The notes: a model not told the origin generated them from the letters alone. Shown: positions 23,491-35,728, numbered from the stretch's first letter. The stretch is 64,000 nt of DNA from an uncultured Spirochaetota bacterium (GCA_963734495.1 CAVTHK010000003.1:1-64000), one strand, 5' to 3'. Made by a program: numbers and translations.

Positions 23491-23584
23491 AAAAGACAAA
23501 AGATATTAGACAGGTAATGGTAATCGGTAATCAGTAATCAGTAATCGGTAACATTAACACCTAACACCAATACCGAATACCCGT
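23491..23584. repeat. Heptamer tandem repeat tracts between convergent genes
   Basis: AAAAGAC-type x3, TAATC(G/A)G x4-5, then TAACACC/AATACC units. Confidence 0.7.
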
Positions 23585-23585
23585 T

Positions 23586-24347
23586 CTACACCTTCCTGAA
23601 GTTATGATTTACCCCTGCCTGCTGGGTTGGAGTAATAACAAGGTCATTTATGCAGACATGAGCCGGAAGCGTGGCACAAAAATAAATAACATCTGCAATA
23701 TCCTTTCCTGTCAGAGGATCAATGCCCTTATAAACAGCATCTGCTTTTTCCTTGTCACCCTTGAACCGGACAATGGAGAATTCTGTTTCAGCCATTCCGG
23801 GTGCAATATTTGTTACTTTAATATTATTCTTAAGCAGGTCTATCCTCATCGATCTGGAAAGTGAGTCAACGGCTGATTTCGTTGCGCAATATACATTTCC
23901 GTTCTCATAGCTTTCCTTTCCGGCTATCGATCCGATATTGAATAATATGTCCCGTGTTCCGCGCAACCATCAGCGGTGCAACTGCTCTTGTAACATAAAG
24001 GAGCCCTTTGATATTTGTATCGATCATCCTTTCCCAGTCATCTATATTTCCCTTGTCTATATGATCCATTCCAACTGCCAGTCCGGCATTATTTACAAGT
24101 ATATCAATCGCTTTCCACTCCTCAGGCAGGTTACTGATTACAGATGCAACATCCTCTCTGTTCCTTACATCGAAATTAAGGGATAGTACCCTGATCCTCC
24201 CATAGGAGAGGAGTTCATTTTCAAGTTCATCGAGTCTCTCTTTTCTTCTTCCGGTTATTATTATGTCAAATCCGTTTCCGGCAAACTGACTGCTGTTGCC
24301 CTGCCGAAACCGGATGTTGCACCGGTTATCATTATGATTTTGTTCAT
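23586..24347 (-). CDS. Short-chain dehydrogenase/reductase (YdfG-like); frameshifted
   Basis: ITGATSGFG, NNAG-type segment, NIGSIAG, YCATK, IAPGMAETEFS..RFKGD. Confidence 0.88.
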
Positions 24348-24536
24348 GTTGTTGAGTTTTAAAATTTCGTGTAAAAGTAAAAATATTTATTGAACTAACT
24401 TCATTAACCGGTCGATGAATTCATCCATTGAGTTCCTAATTTTGGCCTATTTCATCCGGAAATAAGTGATGCAGCCTGATTCTGAAATTCTTCTATCTTT
24501 GCGTTTATTTTTTAATTGGGAAATAATCCCGGACAT

Positions 24537-25259
24537 ATGAATGAGGACAAGAAAGTAATGGTTGAATCGATGTTTGATTCAATTGCCTGGAGATATGATT
24601 TTCTGAATCATTTCCTGTCATTCGGCATTGACCGCATGTGGAGAAGAAGGGCAATAAGGATTATCTCCCGGCATTATCAGAATCCTGAAATACTTGATGT
24701 TGCCACAGGTACCGGCGATCTTGCCATCGCTGCAATGAGGATTAATCCCCTGAAGATAACAGGAATTGACATATCTCAAGAATATGCTTGAGATCGGCAA
24801 AGAGAAAATTCCGTAAAAAAGGCTATTCCGGAAGGATAGAACTTATTCATGGCGATTCTGAAAATATTCCCTTCGGCGATGAATCAATTTGATGTTGCAA
24901 TGGTGGCATTTCGGTGTAAGAAATTTCTCCGATCCCCTGAAAGGTCTGACGGAGATGAGACAGGGTTCTCCGGAATGACGGGATGATTACTGGTACTTGA
25001 ATTTTCAAAGCCATCAGGATTCCTTTTCCGATCAGTTTATAATTTTTATTTCAGGAATATACTTCCCTCTGTAGGCAGGCTTTTTTCAAAGGACAAAGCG
25101 GCTTACAGTTATCTGCCTGATTCTGTGTATAAATTTCCGGATAATGAAGCAGTTCCTTCAGCTGCTTGGAAGATGCCGGTTTTTCTGCATACCAGGCAGG
25201 TAAAGCTTACAGGAGGAGTGGCCAGTATTTATACAGGTTTAAAAAATCAGATACAATAA
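24537..25259 (+). CDS. ubiE: Demethylmenaquinone methyltransferase UbiE/MenG; frameshifted
   Basis: MFDSIAWRYDFLNHFLSFGID, LDVATGTGD, FGVRNF, LEFSKP, AYSYLPDSV; TATCTTTG promoter box at 24494-24501. Confidence 0.88.
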
Positions 25260-25317
25260 TCAGAATCCAAACGAGTTTATTATCTTGTATCCAAAATATA
25301 ACTAGTCCCGGATAGGT

Positions 25318-26035
25318 TTGAAAAGAAAAATCCTCTATATAGTTTTTTCGCTTGTTTTTTTTCTTATCCATCTTAATTTATCAGGGCAGAAGCAGAAGCC
25401 GAAAAATGAATCATGGTATGATGAGAAGCTCATTCATTTCGGATTCAGCCTGGGATTTAATGCAATGGATTTCAATATTACACCCTCCCAGAAATATCTT
25501 GAGACAGATTCACTTTATCCGGAGGTCAGCAAGCTGAATCCCGGGATAAATATCCAGATTGTTACAGACTGCAGGCCTGCAAAGTACATGGATATCAGAT
25601 TTCTTCCGGGTGTTTCCTTCGGGCAGAGGAATATCAGGTATTACAAGAACAAGGTACTTTACAATGATCAGCAGAAGCTTGAATCATCATTTCTTGAATT
25701 TCCTCTTCTTCTTAAATTAAAAGGAGACAGGCTCAATAATGTGCGTCCATATGTTATCGGAGGATTCAACTACCGGTATGACCTGGCAGCCAAAAAGGAT
25801 TATGATGAGGGAAAACCGGTATATATCAGGATAAAGAAGCCGGACCTTTATTATGAACTGGGAGCAGGACTCGATTTTTATCTTGCCTATTTCAAACTTT
25901 CAGTCGAGCTTAAAATGTCCAACGGCATTGAGCGACGTTCTTGTCAGGGAGCTACGCCCCGGACACCCGGAATATGTAAATGCCATTGAAAAGATGAAGT
26001 CACAGATATGGGTTCTTTCATTTCATTTTGAATAG
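25318..26035 (+). CDS. porT: PorT family outer-membrane beta-barrel (type IX secretion-associated); C-terminal frameshift
   Basis: YD.K..HFGFSLGFN, IRFLPGVSFGQR, LEFPLLLK, RLNNVRPY, GLDFYL.YFKLS.ELK, terminal FHFE; follows ubiE as in Bacteroidota. Confidence 0.75.
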
Positions 26036-26037
26036 AA

Positions 26038-27600
26038 ATGATTAAACAGGTCAGGATAAATCTAAATCCTGCAGCAGCAGCTGATGAAGCTGCAATAAGG
26101 AAAATATCAGCATCACTGGCCGGAATCGACAATCTGAAATCTCTTCAGCTCAGAATTCTTAAAAGATCGTTGATGCCCGGAAGAAAAATATCCGGGTTAA
26201 TCTTACAGTTGAGATCTTTACCGGGGAGGATTCTGAAATTGCCGGGATCACCCCCTTCATGCCTCTGAATGTCTCAGCCGGCAGGGAAGTTATAATTGTC
26301 GGAGCCGGACCGGCCGGCCTGTTTGCAGCTCTCCGGCTCATTGAACTTGGAATACGTCCGGTGATAATTGAACGGGGTCGTGATGTATCATCAAGGAAAA
26401 AGGATATTGCCAGGATCAGCAGGGAACAGATTGTTGATCCTGACAGTAATTATTGTTTTGGAGAAGGAGGAGCCGGAACCTATTCCGATGGCAAGCTCTA
26501 TACACAGGTCAAAAAAGAGAGGAGATAATACTCCGGGTCCTTGAGCTTCTGTGTCTTCATGGTGCCGATCACGGAATATTATGTATGAGGCTCATCCTCA
26601 TCTGGGTACCGATAAACTTCCTCGCATCATTTCCGGTATCAGGCAGTCAATACTAGACGCAGGCGGTCAGTTCCTGCTTGAAAAAAAAGTTACAGATCTG
26701 ATAATTGAAGGTGATGCCATTAAAGGAGTTATGACTTCAGACAATGAAAAATTCTATTCTCCATATGTCATTCTTGCAACAGGCCATTCTGCAAGGGATA
26801 TTTACGATATTTGCCGCAACACGTGGTATTGAGCTTGAGATGAAGTCATTTGCAATGGGAGTGAGGGTTGAACATCCACAGGAACTTATTGACAGAATTC
26901 AGTATCATGGCAACAGGCAGGGGAGAATTTCTTCCGGCAGCTTCATATAATCTTGTAAAACAGGTTGATGGCAGAGGAGTTTATTCATTTTGCATGTGCC
27001 CGGGCGGATTTATTGTTCCTTCAGCAACTTCACAGGAGGAGATAGTTGTCAATGGCATGTCGCCATCAGAAAGAAATTCACCGTACGCAAATTCCGGAAT
27101 TGTGGTTGAGATCAGACCGGAAGACCTTGTAAAATACAGCAGTTCGGGAGAAATGGCAGGCATTGAGTTTCAGAAAGAGCTGGAGAGGGAGGCCTGGAAG
27201 AACGGAGGACATACGCAGAGAGCACCTGCACAGCGTCTTGCTGATTTTGTTGCTGGTAAGATCATCCGGTTCCCTGCCGAAGGTATCATACTTTCCGGGA
27301 GTAACATCATCACCTCTTCACAGCTGGTTGCCAAAATCAATCGGCAGGCGACTCAGGGATGGATTCCAGATATTTGGTCAGGTGATGAATGGATATCTGA
27401 CAAATGAAGCAGTTGTACTGGGCGTTGAATCGAGAACATCTTCTCCGGTCAGGATACCGAGAGACAGTGAAAAGCTTCATCATATCAGGATAACGGGTCT
27501 ATACCCATGCGGTGAAGGTTCCGGATATGCCGGCGGGATTGTATCGTCTGCTGTCGACGGAATGAATGCTGCCGATGCTATTGCAGCAATAATGATGTAA
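26038..27600 (+). CDS. NAD(P)/FAD-dependent oxidoreductase (uncharacterised FAD-dependent dehydrogenase family); frameshifted
   Basis: VGAGPAG, FGEGGAGTYSDGKL, PHLGTD, LATGHSARD, FCMCPGG, ESRTSSPVRI, YPCGEGSGYAGGIVSSAVDG. Confidence 0.88.
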
Positions 27601-27648
27601 CTCCGCTAAACTGCTAAACCACATAGACGCTAAACACCAATCGACTAA

Positions 27649-28999
27649 ATGAACCCGAAACAAAAAAATTACATTTTCCTTATCAGCGCAATTGCCGCTC
27701 TGGGAGGATTGCTTTTCGGCTTTGACACAGCAGTAATTTCAGGAACAACGCCTTTCATCAAGCCCTATTTCAACCTTAATGATATCTGGCTTGGCTGGAC
27801 TGTCAGCAGCCTCCTGGGAGGATGCATCATTGGAGTTATCTCGGCCGGAAAGCCGAGCGATGTCTTTGGCAGGAAAAAGACTCTGATGAGTGCTGCAATA
27901 CTTTTTGCCTTATCCGCAGTCGGCTCAGCCCTGGCACATAAGCTTTCATTTTTCATTGGATACAGGATAATCGGGGGTTTTGGAGTCGGAATAGCATCCA
28001 TGCTGTCACCAATGTATATTTCCGAAGTATCTCCTGCAGCAAGCAGGGGCAGGCTTGTGTCCTATAACCAGCTTGCGATTGTTATCGGGATACTTCTGGC
28101 CTTTATTTCAAATGCCCTGCTGGTAGACACAGGGGAGAATAACTGGCGATGGATGCTGGCTGTTATGGGTTTGCCTGCAATTCTTTTTTTCATTTTCCTG
28201 TTTTTTGCACCGGAAAGTCCCCGCTGGCTTGTTCAGAAGGGCAAATCCGAAGAGGCCTTTACGATTCTGGAGAAGGATAAACGGAACTGAGCATGGCCAA
28301 GGAGGAACTTGTCTACCATTGAAGAATCAATTAAAGAGGAAGAGGACTCAGGTACTTTCAGGGAGGTATTTTCAGCGTCATATGCGTCCTATCCTTTTTA
28401 TTGGAGTATTTCTTTCCGTTTTCAGCCAGGTGACCGGAATCAACTCAATAATGTATTATGCTCCGGTTATTTTTCAGAGCATAGGAGAGGGAGCCAGCAG
28501 TGCAGTGATGCAGACAGCCATTATAGGAGGAGGAAATCTGATTTTTACATTTGTTGCAATATGCACTTATTGACAGGCTGGGACGAAAACCACTTCTTAT
28601 CGGAGGTGTCACGGGCATGATAATTTCACTTACATCAATTGCCGTCGCTTTTTATTTTAAAAAATTTGAAGGTTACCTTATCCTGTTTCTGATCCTTACA
28701 TATATTGCATCATTTTCGGCTTCCCTCGGACCGGTGACATGGGTTCTGGTATCTGAAATATTTCCGAATAAGCTGAGAAGCAAAGCTATGTCAGTATCCA
28801 TTGTTATCATTATGGCTGGCAAATTTTCTGCTTATTCTGTTTTTCCCTTTGATTCTTAACAGGTTCGGTGGGGCGACTGCTTTCCTGATATTCGATATCA
28901 ATGTGCGTTATTCTTTTGCTCTTCACTATATTCCGTGTACCTGAAACAAGGGGTAAGAGTCTTGAAGAGCTTGAAAAAATTCTTATAAAAAAGCATTAG
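27649..28999 (+). CDS. Sugar porter family MFS transporter (XylE/AraE-like); frameshifted
   Basis: GGLLFGFDTAVISG, GRKK, PMYISEVSP..RGRLVS.NQL, PESPRWL, QVTGINSIMYY, PETRGKSLEE. Confidence 0.92.
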
Positions 29000-29042
29000 C
29001 CGGAAAAACTCCACGGGCAGGTATTGTTCCAGGTCAGTTATA

Positions 29043-30269
29043 TTATTCTTTTTCGAGAATCGCAGCCTCATTCAGCCGCAGAGACATCAAAATACTGAGC
29101 ACCATCAATATTATCAGAACAACAAGTGACCTTGTCATCGACCCGGTTTGCGCCGATTTCATGCTGTCCATCCCGAAGATAAAAGCAATGCCGGATACCT
29201 GGCCCATCAGAAGAAGCATTCCGTTTGATGTTCCCTCAGAGGCAGGGTATGTTATTTCGGCACCATACTGAAATCCAACAGGACCGGCGCTAAGCAGAAA
29301 AAAGCCTAAAACCATTCCTGACGTGATCATTAGCCAGTAAGCTGGTGGCAAAGGTTATACCGGTGAGACCCAGAGTGGCACCGAAAAGAGCCAGAATAAT
29401 AAAAGGCGTTCTTTTCTTGTACCTGTCGGATAGCATTGGTATTATAAGAGCGCCAATAATTCCTCCTACAATCATCAGGCCACCGGTTATCCCGGCCTGT
29501 GTTGCGGAAAAGCCCCTCGGCCTCATGATATCCTCAATCCAGGTAGTCACGCTGTTGAATACTCCAAGCCCGATAAAAAATATTATCATCAGCCATATAA
29601 AATCCCTGGTCCTGAGTGTACTCATGAATCCGTCAAAGACAAGAGACCGTTCTTCCTGTTCGGGAAGGCATGGGGCAGTAGGCGGTCCTTCTTTGATGAA
29701 GAGCAGAAAAATGACAGCTATGGAAAGAGAAAATATTCCGAAGATATATAAGCATTCCCTTAATACCTGAACCCAGCTACAAGGTAGGGAGTAACGAGTC
29801 ATTCCTGCCAGAATTCCGATATACATTGCAAGAGAGCCAAGACCGGCTGCCGTTGCCCGCTCCTCGATCGGAAACCAGCGGGCTGAAAGTTTCGTTATTG
29901 CATTCAGAATGAATGGCTGTCCGACAGCAATTCCGATCTGCGCAGTAAGCAGCAGGTTGTAGTCGGGTCCGGCAAAACCACGGAGCAATCCGAATATGCC
30001 TGTAAATACAGCGCCAATGCCGACGCCGATGCGTATCCCGTATTTATCGATTATCCAGGAAGCCGGAATTGAAACAACAACATATACTATCATAAAACAC
30101 ATGGAAAGTATTCCGATGCGAAGGTCAGAAACACCATAATATCTTGTGGCTTCACCTGTTATAGGTGCAAACGTAATCCATAGGAGCTGGTTGGAAGCAA
30201 CCAGTAACATGATAGATAATCAGCATGAACCATCGTCGTTCCGTAAACCTTGAAATTTGATTGTGTCAT
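29043..30269 (-). CDS. MFS transporter (FLVCR-like); frameshifted
   Basis: NQLLWITFAPI, QPFILN..TKLSARWFP.ERATA, GAEITYP.SEGTSNG. Confidence 0.82.
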
Positions 30270-30279
30270 ATTATTCTGA

Positions 30280-31072
30280 TTAATAAGTTTGAGAATTTAC
30301 GGGCAGGCTTGCCTGTCTCTGAAATTCTGAGAAGACGACAGAGGCAGCCATCCCTACATTCAGCGATTCTATGCCCGGCATAGCCCTGCCGGCTCCGGGG
30401 ATCATTATCCTGTCAGTAACAAATGGCAAAAGGCTCATCTGATATACCTCTTGATTCATTGCCAAGCAAAATCACACCCTTTCTGCCCAGCTTTGACTGT
30501 ATATCGATTCTCCGTCAAGAACAGCACCATAGACGGCTGATTTATTATCAAGTGCTACTTCAACAAATTACTTAAGATCGGAATAAAACACGTTAACATG
30601 AAGAATTGCTCCCATGGTGGCTTGTACAACTTTGGGATTATATACATCGACGCAGTCAGGCGAACAGACAATATTCCTGATGCCAAACCAGGCAGCAGCC
30701 CTGATTATTGTACCCAGGTTTCCCGGATCCTGAACAAAATCCAGCGCTACACAGAGATGACTGAGTATCTCAGGGAATTCATTTTCTGTTCCGGAATTCG
30801 TACCACGGCCAGGGCATTATGTGGAGTTTTTAAGGTGGAAATCTGCTTAAGCTCATCGTAGCTGACATCCACAATCTCAGCAATCTGATCTTTAAGAGAT
30901 GGCGAAAGTCCGCTTATAAATTCCTTTTTGGCAATAATGTCTTAAGAGGTACTTTGGCAGCCAGAAACTCTTTTACAATTTTATCGCCTTCAATAACAAA
31001 TAAGCCCTCTTCTTCTCTCACCTTCTTTTTCTGAAGTGAGATAATGAATCTGGCTTTGTTTTTGCTGATCAT
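30280..31072 (-). CDS. TrmH/SpoU family RNA methyltransferase; heavily frameshifted
   Basis: KKVREEEGLFVIEG, QDPGNLGTIIR.A.WFG segment (~30700), ESLNVGMAA. Confidence 0.85.
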
Positions 31073-31338
31073 ATTAAAAGTGTTTAAAATGCGTTTTCGG
31101 AAATTTCTTTTTTTACAAATTCCTGCATACCTTTGTCTTCTCTTTCTGTGGATGTATAATACTGAAAAACAAATTCTTGCAAATGCGGATCCCGGTGAAC
31201 GCCATGGCATGGAGCCGGTATTTCATAGCTTGCCGGCGGTATTGTCACTGTGCAAATGTATAAAGATTACAAAATATACCTTACAAAAGATGAGTTATAT
31301 GAGGTGAAGAGGGTTTTGAAATAGCAGGGACAGGTCGG

Positions 31339-31366
31339 GTAGGGACAGGTCGCGACCTGTCCCTAC
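31339..31366. repeat. GTAG-type REP-like perfect palindrome
   Basis: GTAGGGACAGGTCGCGACCTGTCCCTAC (28 bp perfect palindrome) preceded by a partial copy GCAGGGACAGGTCG. Confidence 0.75.
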
Positions 31367-31383
31367 TTTATTTATGATTATTA

Positions 31384-33762
31384 TTGATATATTTGACTGC
31401 TACTTTTGTTCAAGACTTGAAAAAAGCCGGAGTATATAAGCAACAATTTTCCAGGAGATCATATTTCTGGCTTTGCATTATAGTAACTATTGTATCGTGC
31501 AATCCGACAAAATATGTACCGGCAGATGAATCGCTTTTGAATGAGAATCATATCATTTTGAACAATGAAGGAATACAGAAAAGTGCCCTGAAACCATATA
31601 TTAAGCAGCAGCCGAACAAGAGGATCTTTGGCACACGGTTTTACCTTGGGCTGTATAATCTTTCGAAAATTGATAAGGAGAACTGGTTTAATAAATGGCT
31701 GAGAAATATAGGGGAGGAGCCGGTAATATTCGATCCTACTGCAACTGTCAAGACAAAGGGTCAGATAAAGTCATATGTTGCCTCGAAAGGTTATTTCGAC
31801 GGCCAGGTTTCTGAGACTATTACGACAATAAGGCAGAAGACTGACGTATTTTACAATATCGAACTGCTGCCTCCTTACACCATAAGACATATATACAATG
31901 AGATAGCTGACAGCAACATTAAGAAGCTTTATCTTTTTGATTCAATGAATTGTGTTATTGAAAGAGGGAAGCCATATGATGTTGACAAGCTGCAGGCTGA
32001 GCGGACAAGATTTGAGAGATTTGTAAAGGATCATGGATTCTACGGATTCTCAGGTGATCACATTTATTTCAGAGTTGACAGTTCTATAGGTCACAGGCAG
32101 GTTGATATAACATACGGGATAAGAAAATTCACAAAAATTGATGAATCAAGCAAGGTCAGCCTTATCCAGCACCCAATTTACAAGGTGAAGAATATTTATA
32201 TATATCCCGATTTTATCCCCAAGAACGCTCTTGAAGGAGGTGATTCTTATCTGAAAAGCCTCGATACTACCTTCTACAAAGGTTATTATTTTGTGAGCTC
32301 CGGGAAAAAAGAGAGGGTTAAATATGACCTGATACTTCAATCCATGTATCTGAAGCCCGGAGCCACCTATAATTTTACAAATACAGAACAATCACAATCC
32401 CACCTTCTTACATTAAAAGTTTACAGGCTTGTAAATATTTATTATAATGAATCATCTCCACCCGGGCCACCACAGGACATTCCGCTCGATCTTAACTGCA
32501 ATGTTCAGCTGACCCCGCTGAGCCAGCAGTCATACAAGATTGAACTGGAAGGAACAAATTCTGCCGGCAACATAGGAGGTGCGGTAAACCTGATTTATCA
32601 GCATAAGAATCTGTTTCATGGCGCCCAGCTTTTCAGCATGAAGCTTAAAGGCGCACTCGAAGCCCTGGCACAACAAAACACCGAGCTGAAAAAATCAAAA
32701 GAATTCGGACTTGAGACAAGTCTCAGGTTTCCTGAATTTCTGCTCCCTTTTATTGAGAAGGAAAAGTTCATTAAAAAGTATAATCCCTCAACAATCATTC
32801 TTGCTGCCTATAACTATCAGGATCTTCCCTTCTACACAAGGCTTATGTCTAACGCTACATTTGGGTACGACTGGAAAGCGGGTCCCTATCAGGAACATAT
32901 AGTCAGTCCTCTTCAGTTCAACATTGTCAAGATGCTGTCAATTGATCCGGCGTACGAGGCTCAGATTGAATCATCTTCATACCTTGCATATAGCTATAAG
33001 GATGTGATGATACTCGGCGGCAAGTATTCATATATCTATAATAACCAAAAGATAAACAAATCGAAGGATTACTGGTTTCTCAGGGTGAATGCCGAATCAT
33101 CGGGTAATTTGCTTGGATTGGTAAAGAGAGTATCAGGAGCGGCAAAGAATGAGGATGGTACTTATGATTTTCTCAAACAGCCATTTGCTCAGTACATACG
33201 AACGGATCTTGATCTAAGGTACAATTACAAATTCAATTCTGCTGCATCAGCAGTATACAGAGGCTTTTTCGGAATAGGCATTCCATATGGCAATTCAAAG
33301 GCACTACCCTTTGAAAAACAATATTTCAGCGGAGGTTCAAATGGAATACGGGCATGGCAGGTTAGAACCCTGGGTCCGGGATCATTTCTCCAGAGTGATA
33401 CTGTCACGTTCATCAACCAGACAGCTGATATCAAACTGGAGGCCAACGCGGAGTACAGGTTCAAACTTTTCTGGATCCTTGAAGGAGCAGTCTTCGTCGA
33501 TGCTGGCAATATCTGGACCTATAAGGATGATCCCTCAAGACCTGGTGCACAGTTTAAATTAAACAAGTTCTATAAGGATATAGCTGTCGGAACAGGGGCA
33601 GGTCTGCGGTTTGACTTCAATTTTGTGCTGGGAAGAGTTGATCTCGGCATGAAGCTGCGCGATCCGTCTATTCAGAGCGGCTCCAGGTGGATTCCTGTTA
33701 ACGGGGATATTAGCTTCAGAAGAGACTTTGCCATCGTAATAGGAATAGGTTATCCATTCTGA
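31384..33762 (+). CDS. Omp85/BamA-TamA family outer membrane protein (TamL-like lipoprotein)
   Basis: Lipobox VSC-NPTKYVP, POTRA-like region, HKNLFHGA, YFSGGSNGIRAW, FVDAGNIW, C-terminal GIGYPF; true start probably TTG ~31417, after TACTTTTG at 31401. Confidence 0.9.
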   Translation: MIYLTATFVQDLKKAGVYKQQFSRRSYFWLCIIVTIVSCNPTKYVPADESLLNENHIILNNEGIQKSALKPYIKQQPNKRIFGTRFYLGLYNLSKIDKENWFNKWLRNIGEEPVIFDPTATVKTKGQIKSYVASKGYFDGQVSETITTIRQKTDVFYNIELLPPYTIRHIYNEIADSNIKKLYLFDSMNCVIERGKPYDVDKLQAERTRFERFVKDHGFYGFSGDHIYFRVDSSIGHRQVDITYGIRKFTKIDESSKVSLIQHPIYKVKNIYIYPDFIPKNALEGGDSYLKSLDTTFYKGYYFVSSGKKERVKYDLILQSMYLKPGATYNFTNTEQSQSHLLTLKVYRLVNIYYNESSPPGPPQDIPLDLNCNVQLTPLSQQSYKIELEGTNSAGNIGGAVNLIYQHKNLFHGAQLFSMKLKGALEALAQQNTELKKSKEFGLETSLRFPEFLLPFIEKEKFIKKYNPSTIILAAYNYQDLPFYTRLMSNATFGYDWKAGPYQEHIVSPLQFNIVKMLSIDPAYEAQIESSSYLAYSYKDVMILGGKYSYIYNNQKINKSKDYWFLRVNAESSGNLLGLVKRVSGAAKNEDGTYDFLKQPFAQYIRTDLDLRYNYKFNSAASAVYRGFFGIGIPYGNSKALPFEKQYFSGGSNGIRAWQVRTLGPGSFLQSDTVTFINQTADIKLEANAEYRFKLFWILEGAVFVDAGNIWTYKDDPSRPGAQFKLNKFYKDIAVGTGAGLRFDFNFVLGRVDLGMKLRDPSIQSGSRWIPVNGDISFRRDFAIVIGIGYPF

Positions 33763-33827
33763 TCTGATACTTCCTGATCAAAATATTTTTTATTCCATGC
33801 AGCTTTTTGTCCCTGTAATTTTTTAAA

Positions 33828-34620
33828 TTGCAGTCAGTCGGACTGCATTCTGTGAGAAAACTATTGAACATTCAGCCGGTCAATGACTGGTTTGGGTACA
33901 CGCGTCGTGAGAGGAGATCAACTTTTATTCTGCTGATCATAATCCTTTTAGTAATCCTTGTAAGGTATGCGGTTCCTGAAAAAAACATTGATATTGTGAA
34001 TGCAGTTCCCGGCTATTCTGACAGCTTATGGTTTGCAAAAATTGACTGGGAAGAACAGGCTCATGAAAATATGCCCCTGGGTTTTGATCCCGGTACAGCC
34101 TCATATGATACCCTGTTAAAGATTGGGCCCGTTTCAAGGGAAGTCAAAATCCCTGTCAGCTACAGGAGCGGGGGAGGAAAACTCAGTAAGTATGATTCCG
34201 GGACTTCCCGGCAGTTAAAGATCCGGCTCAATATAAACACCTGTGATACCTCAGCGCTGATTGCTCTTCCGGGGATTGGTCCGGTTCTATCAGTCAGGAT
34301 TATAAAGTACAGGAATCTGCTGGGCGGATTTGCAAGGGTGGAACAGCTTATGGAAGTTTACGGTTTGCCGGAAGAGACTTATCAAATGATCAGGGAAAGA
34401 GTATTTGCTGACAGTTCCGAAGTCAGGAAGACCAGGATTAATTCATCTGATTATAAGGGATTAAGCCGCATCCCTTATATTGAAAAATATGAAGTATCGG
34501 CTATTCTCAAGTACAGGGAGTTGGCTGGCAGGATAAGACAGCATGGATGATCTGAAGGAGAATAAGATTCTTACTCCGGAAAAGGGGAAGAAGATCGGGG
34601 CATATATTGATTTTCAATAA
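33828..34620 (+). CDS. Helix-hairpin-helix (ComEA-like) DNA-binding protein; C-terminal frameshift
   Basis: FGYTRRERR, N-terminal TM, LNINTCD..LIALPGIGPVLS.RIIKYR.LLGGF. Confidence 0.8.
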
Positions 34621-34779
34621 ACGGAGTCACCCCATGACCCTCTCTGCTGAGGACACGAACTCACCCCCTGCCCGATAGCCGTCAACCTAAGGTATCTTAA
34701 AAAAGCTTTGTAGGAGGATCAGTAAACGCAAACGGATCTAAAACTGAAGCTTTATTTATAACTCTCCCCTCCTTTTGAA

Positions 34780-35728
34780 AGTAATTTCCTAGTTTATGGC
34801 AAAATGATTATATTATGGGAAAAAAAATGACATGGAACTAATCAAAATTACTGAGAAGCTTAACACTAAAGGAAAGTGTATGGCTTATCTTGAGAAACAA
34901 AGATGGTCTGATTTGCCCATTTGTCCCTATTGTAATTCAACGAGAAGCTCGAGGAAGACACAGGAGTTCAGGCATACTTGCCATAACTGTAAGAGATCTT
35001 ATAGTGTACTGGTAGGAACAATTTTTGAATCTACCAAGCTTCCAATTACAAAATGGTTTTTTGCCATATGTCTTATATTAAATGCAAAAAAAGGAATATC
35101 ATCTCTTCAACTAGCTAGAGATTTGGATGTTAATAAAAATACTGCCTGGTTTTTGCAGAAGCGAATCCGTAAAGCAATGAAGGATGACAATTCAATCTTA
35201 AGTGGAATAGTAGAGATTGATGAGACCTATGTTGGCGGAAGTATTTCTAATAAGCACTATTTAACAAAGCTTGAATCTGGCAAATATTATAAGTCTGGAA
35301 TGGAGCATATGGTCCCCGTATTGGGGATGATTCAACGAAAAGGTAAAATAATACTAAAAGTACTAGAGAAGGCATCTGGTAAAGAAATAAAACCTTATAT
35401 AAAATCAAAGATCGCATCAGGCAGCACAATAATCACTGACGGGTTTGGTGGATATTACGGGTTAAATGATCATTTTGAAAATCACATAATATTAAATCAC
35501 AAACAAAGCAAAAGAAGTATTAATCAATATAATACGAGTACTCTTGAAGGATTTTGGACCTTAGTCAAAAGATCGTTATTCGGTCAATATCATAAGATTT
35601 CAAAAGTCCATTTACAAGAATATTTAAATGAGCTGGCATTTAAATACAATTATAGAAAAATAAATATGTTTAAATTATTGCTTAACAATCTATTAGAACC
35701 AAAGTATGCCTTTAGCTAGGAAATTACT
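34780..35728 (+). mobile_element. IS1595-family insertion sequence, complete (949 bp)
   Basis: TIRs AGTAATTTCCTAGTTTATGGCA / TGCCTTTAGCTAGGAAATTACT; 8-bp TSD CTTTTGAA at 34772-34779 and 35729-35736. Confidence 0.93.
34832..35719 (+). CDS. IS1595 (ISXO2-like) DDE transposase
   Basis: Zn ribbon CPYC/CHNC, GTIFEST.LP..KWF, KKGISSLQLAR HTH, VEIDETYVGG, ITDG, LEGFW, YLNELAFKYN. Confidence 0.93.
   Translation: MELIKITEKLNTKGKCMAYLEKQRWSDLPICPYCNSTRSSRKTQEFRHTCHNCKRSYSVLVGTIFESTKLPITKWFFAICLILNAKKGISSLQLARDLDVNKNTAWFLQKRIRKAMKDDNSILSGIVEIDETYVGGSISNKHYLTKLESGKYYKSGMEHMVPVLGMIQRKGKIILKVLEKASGKEIKPYIKSKIASGSTIITDGFGGYYGLNDHFENHIILNHKQSKRSINQYNTSTLEGFWTLVKRSLFGQYHKISKVHLQEYLNELAFKYNYRKINMFKLLLNNLLEPKYAFS

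Noticed and set aside
34674-34695. GTCAAC end motif as an IS200/IS605 (IscB/TnpB) element end
   Set aside because: Here the motif forms true terminal inverted repeats with a 10-bp direct repeat, which IS200/IS605 elements do not make, and no RuvC/HNH or Y1 gene is present
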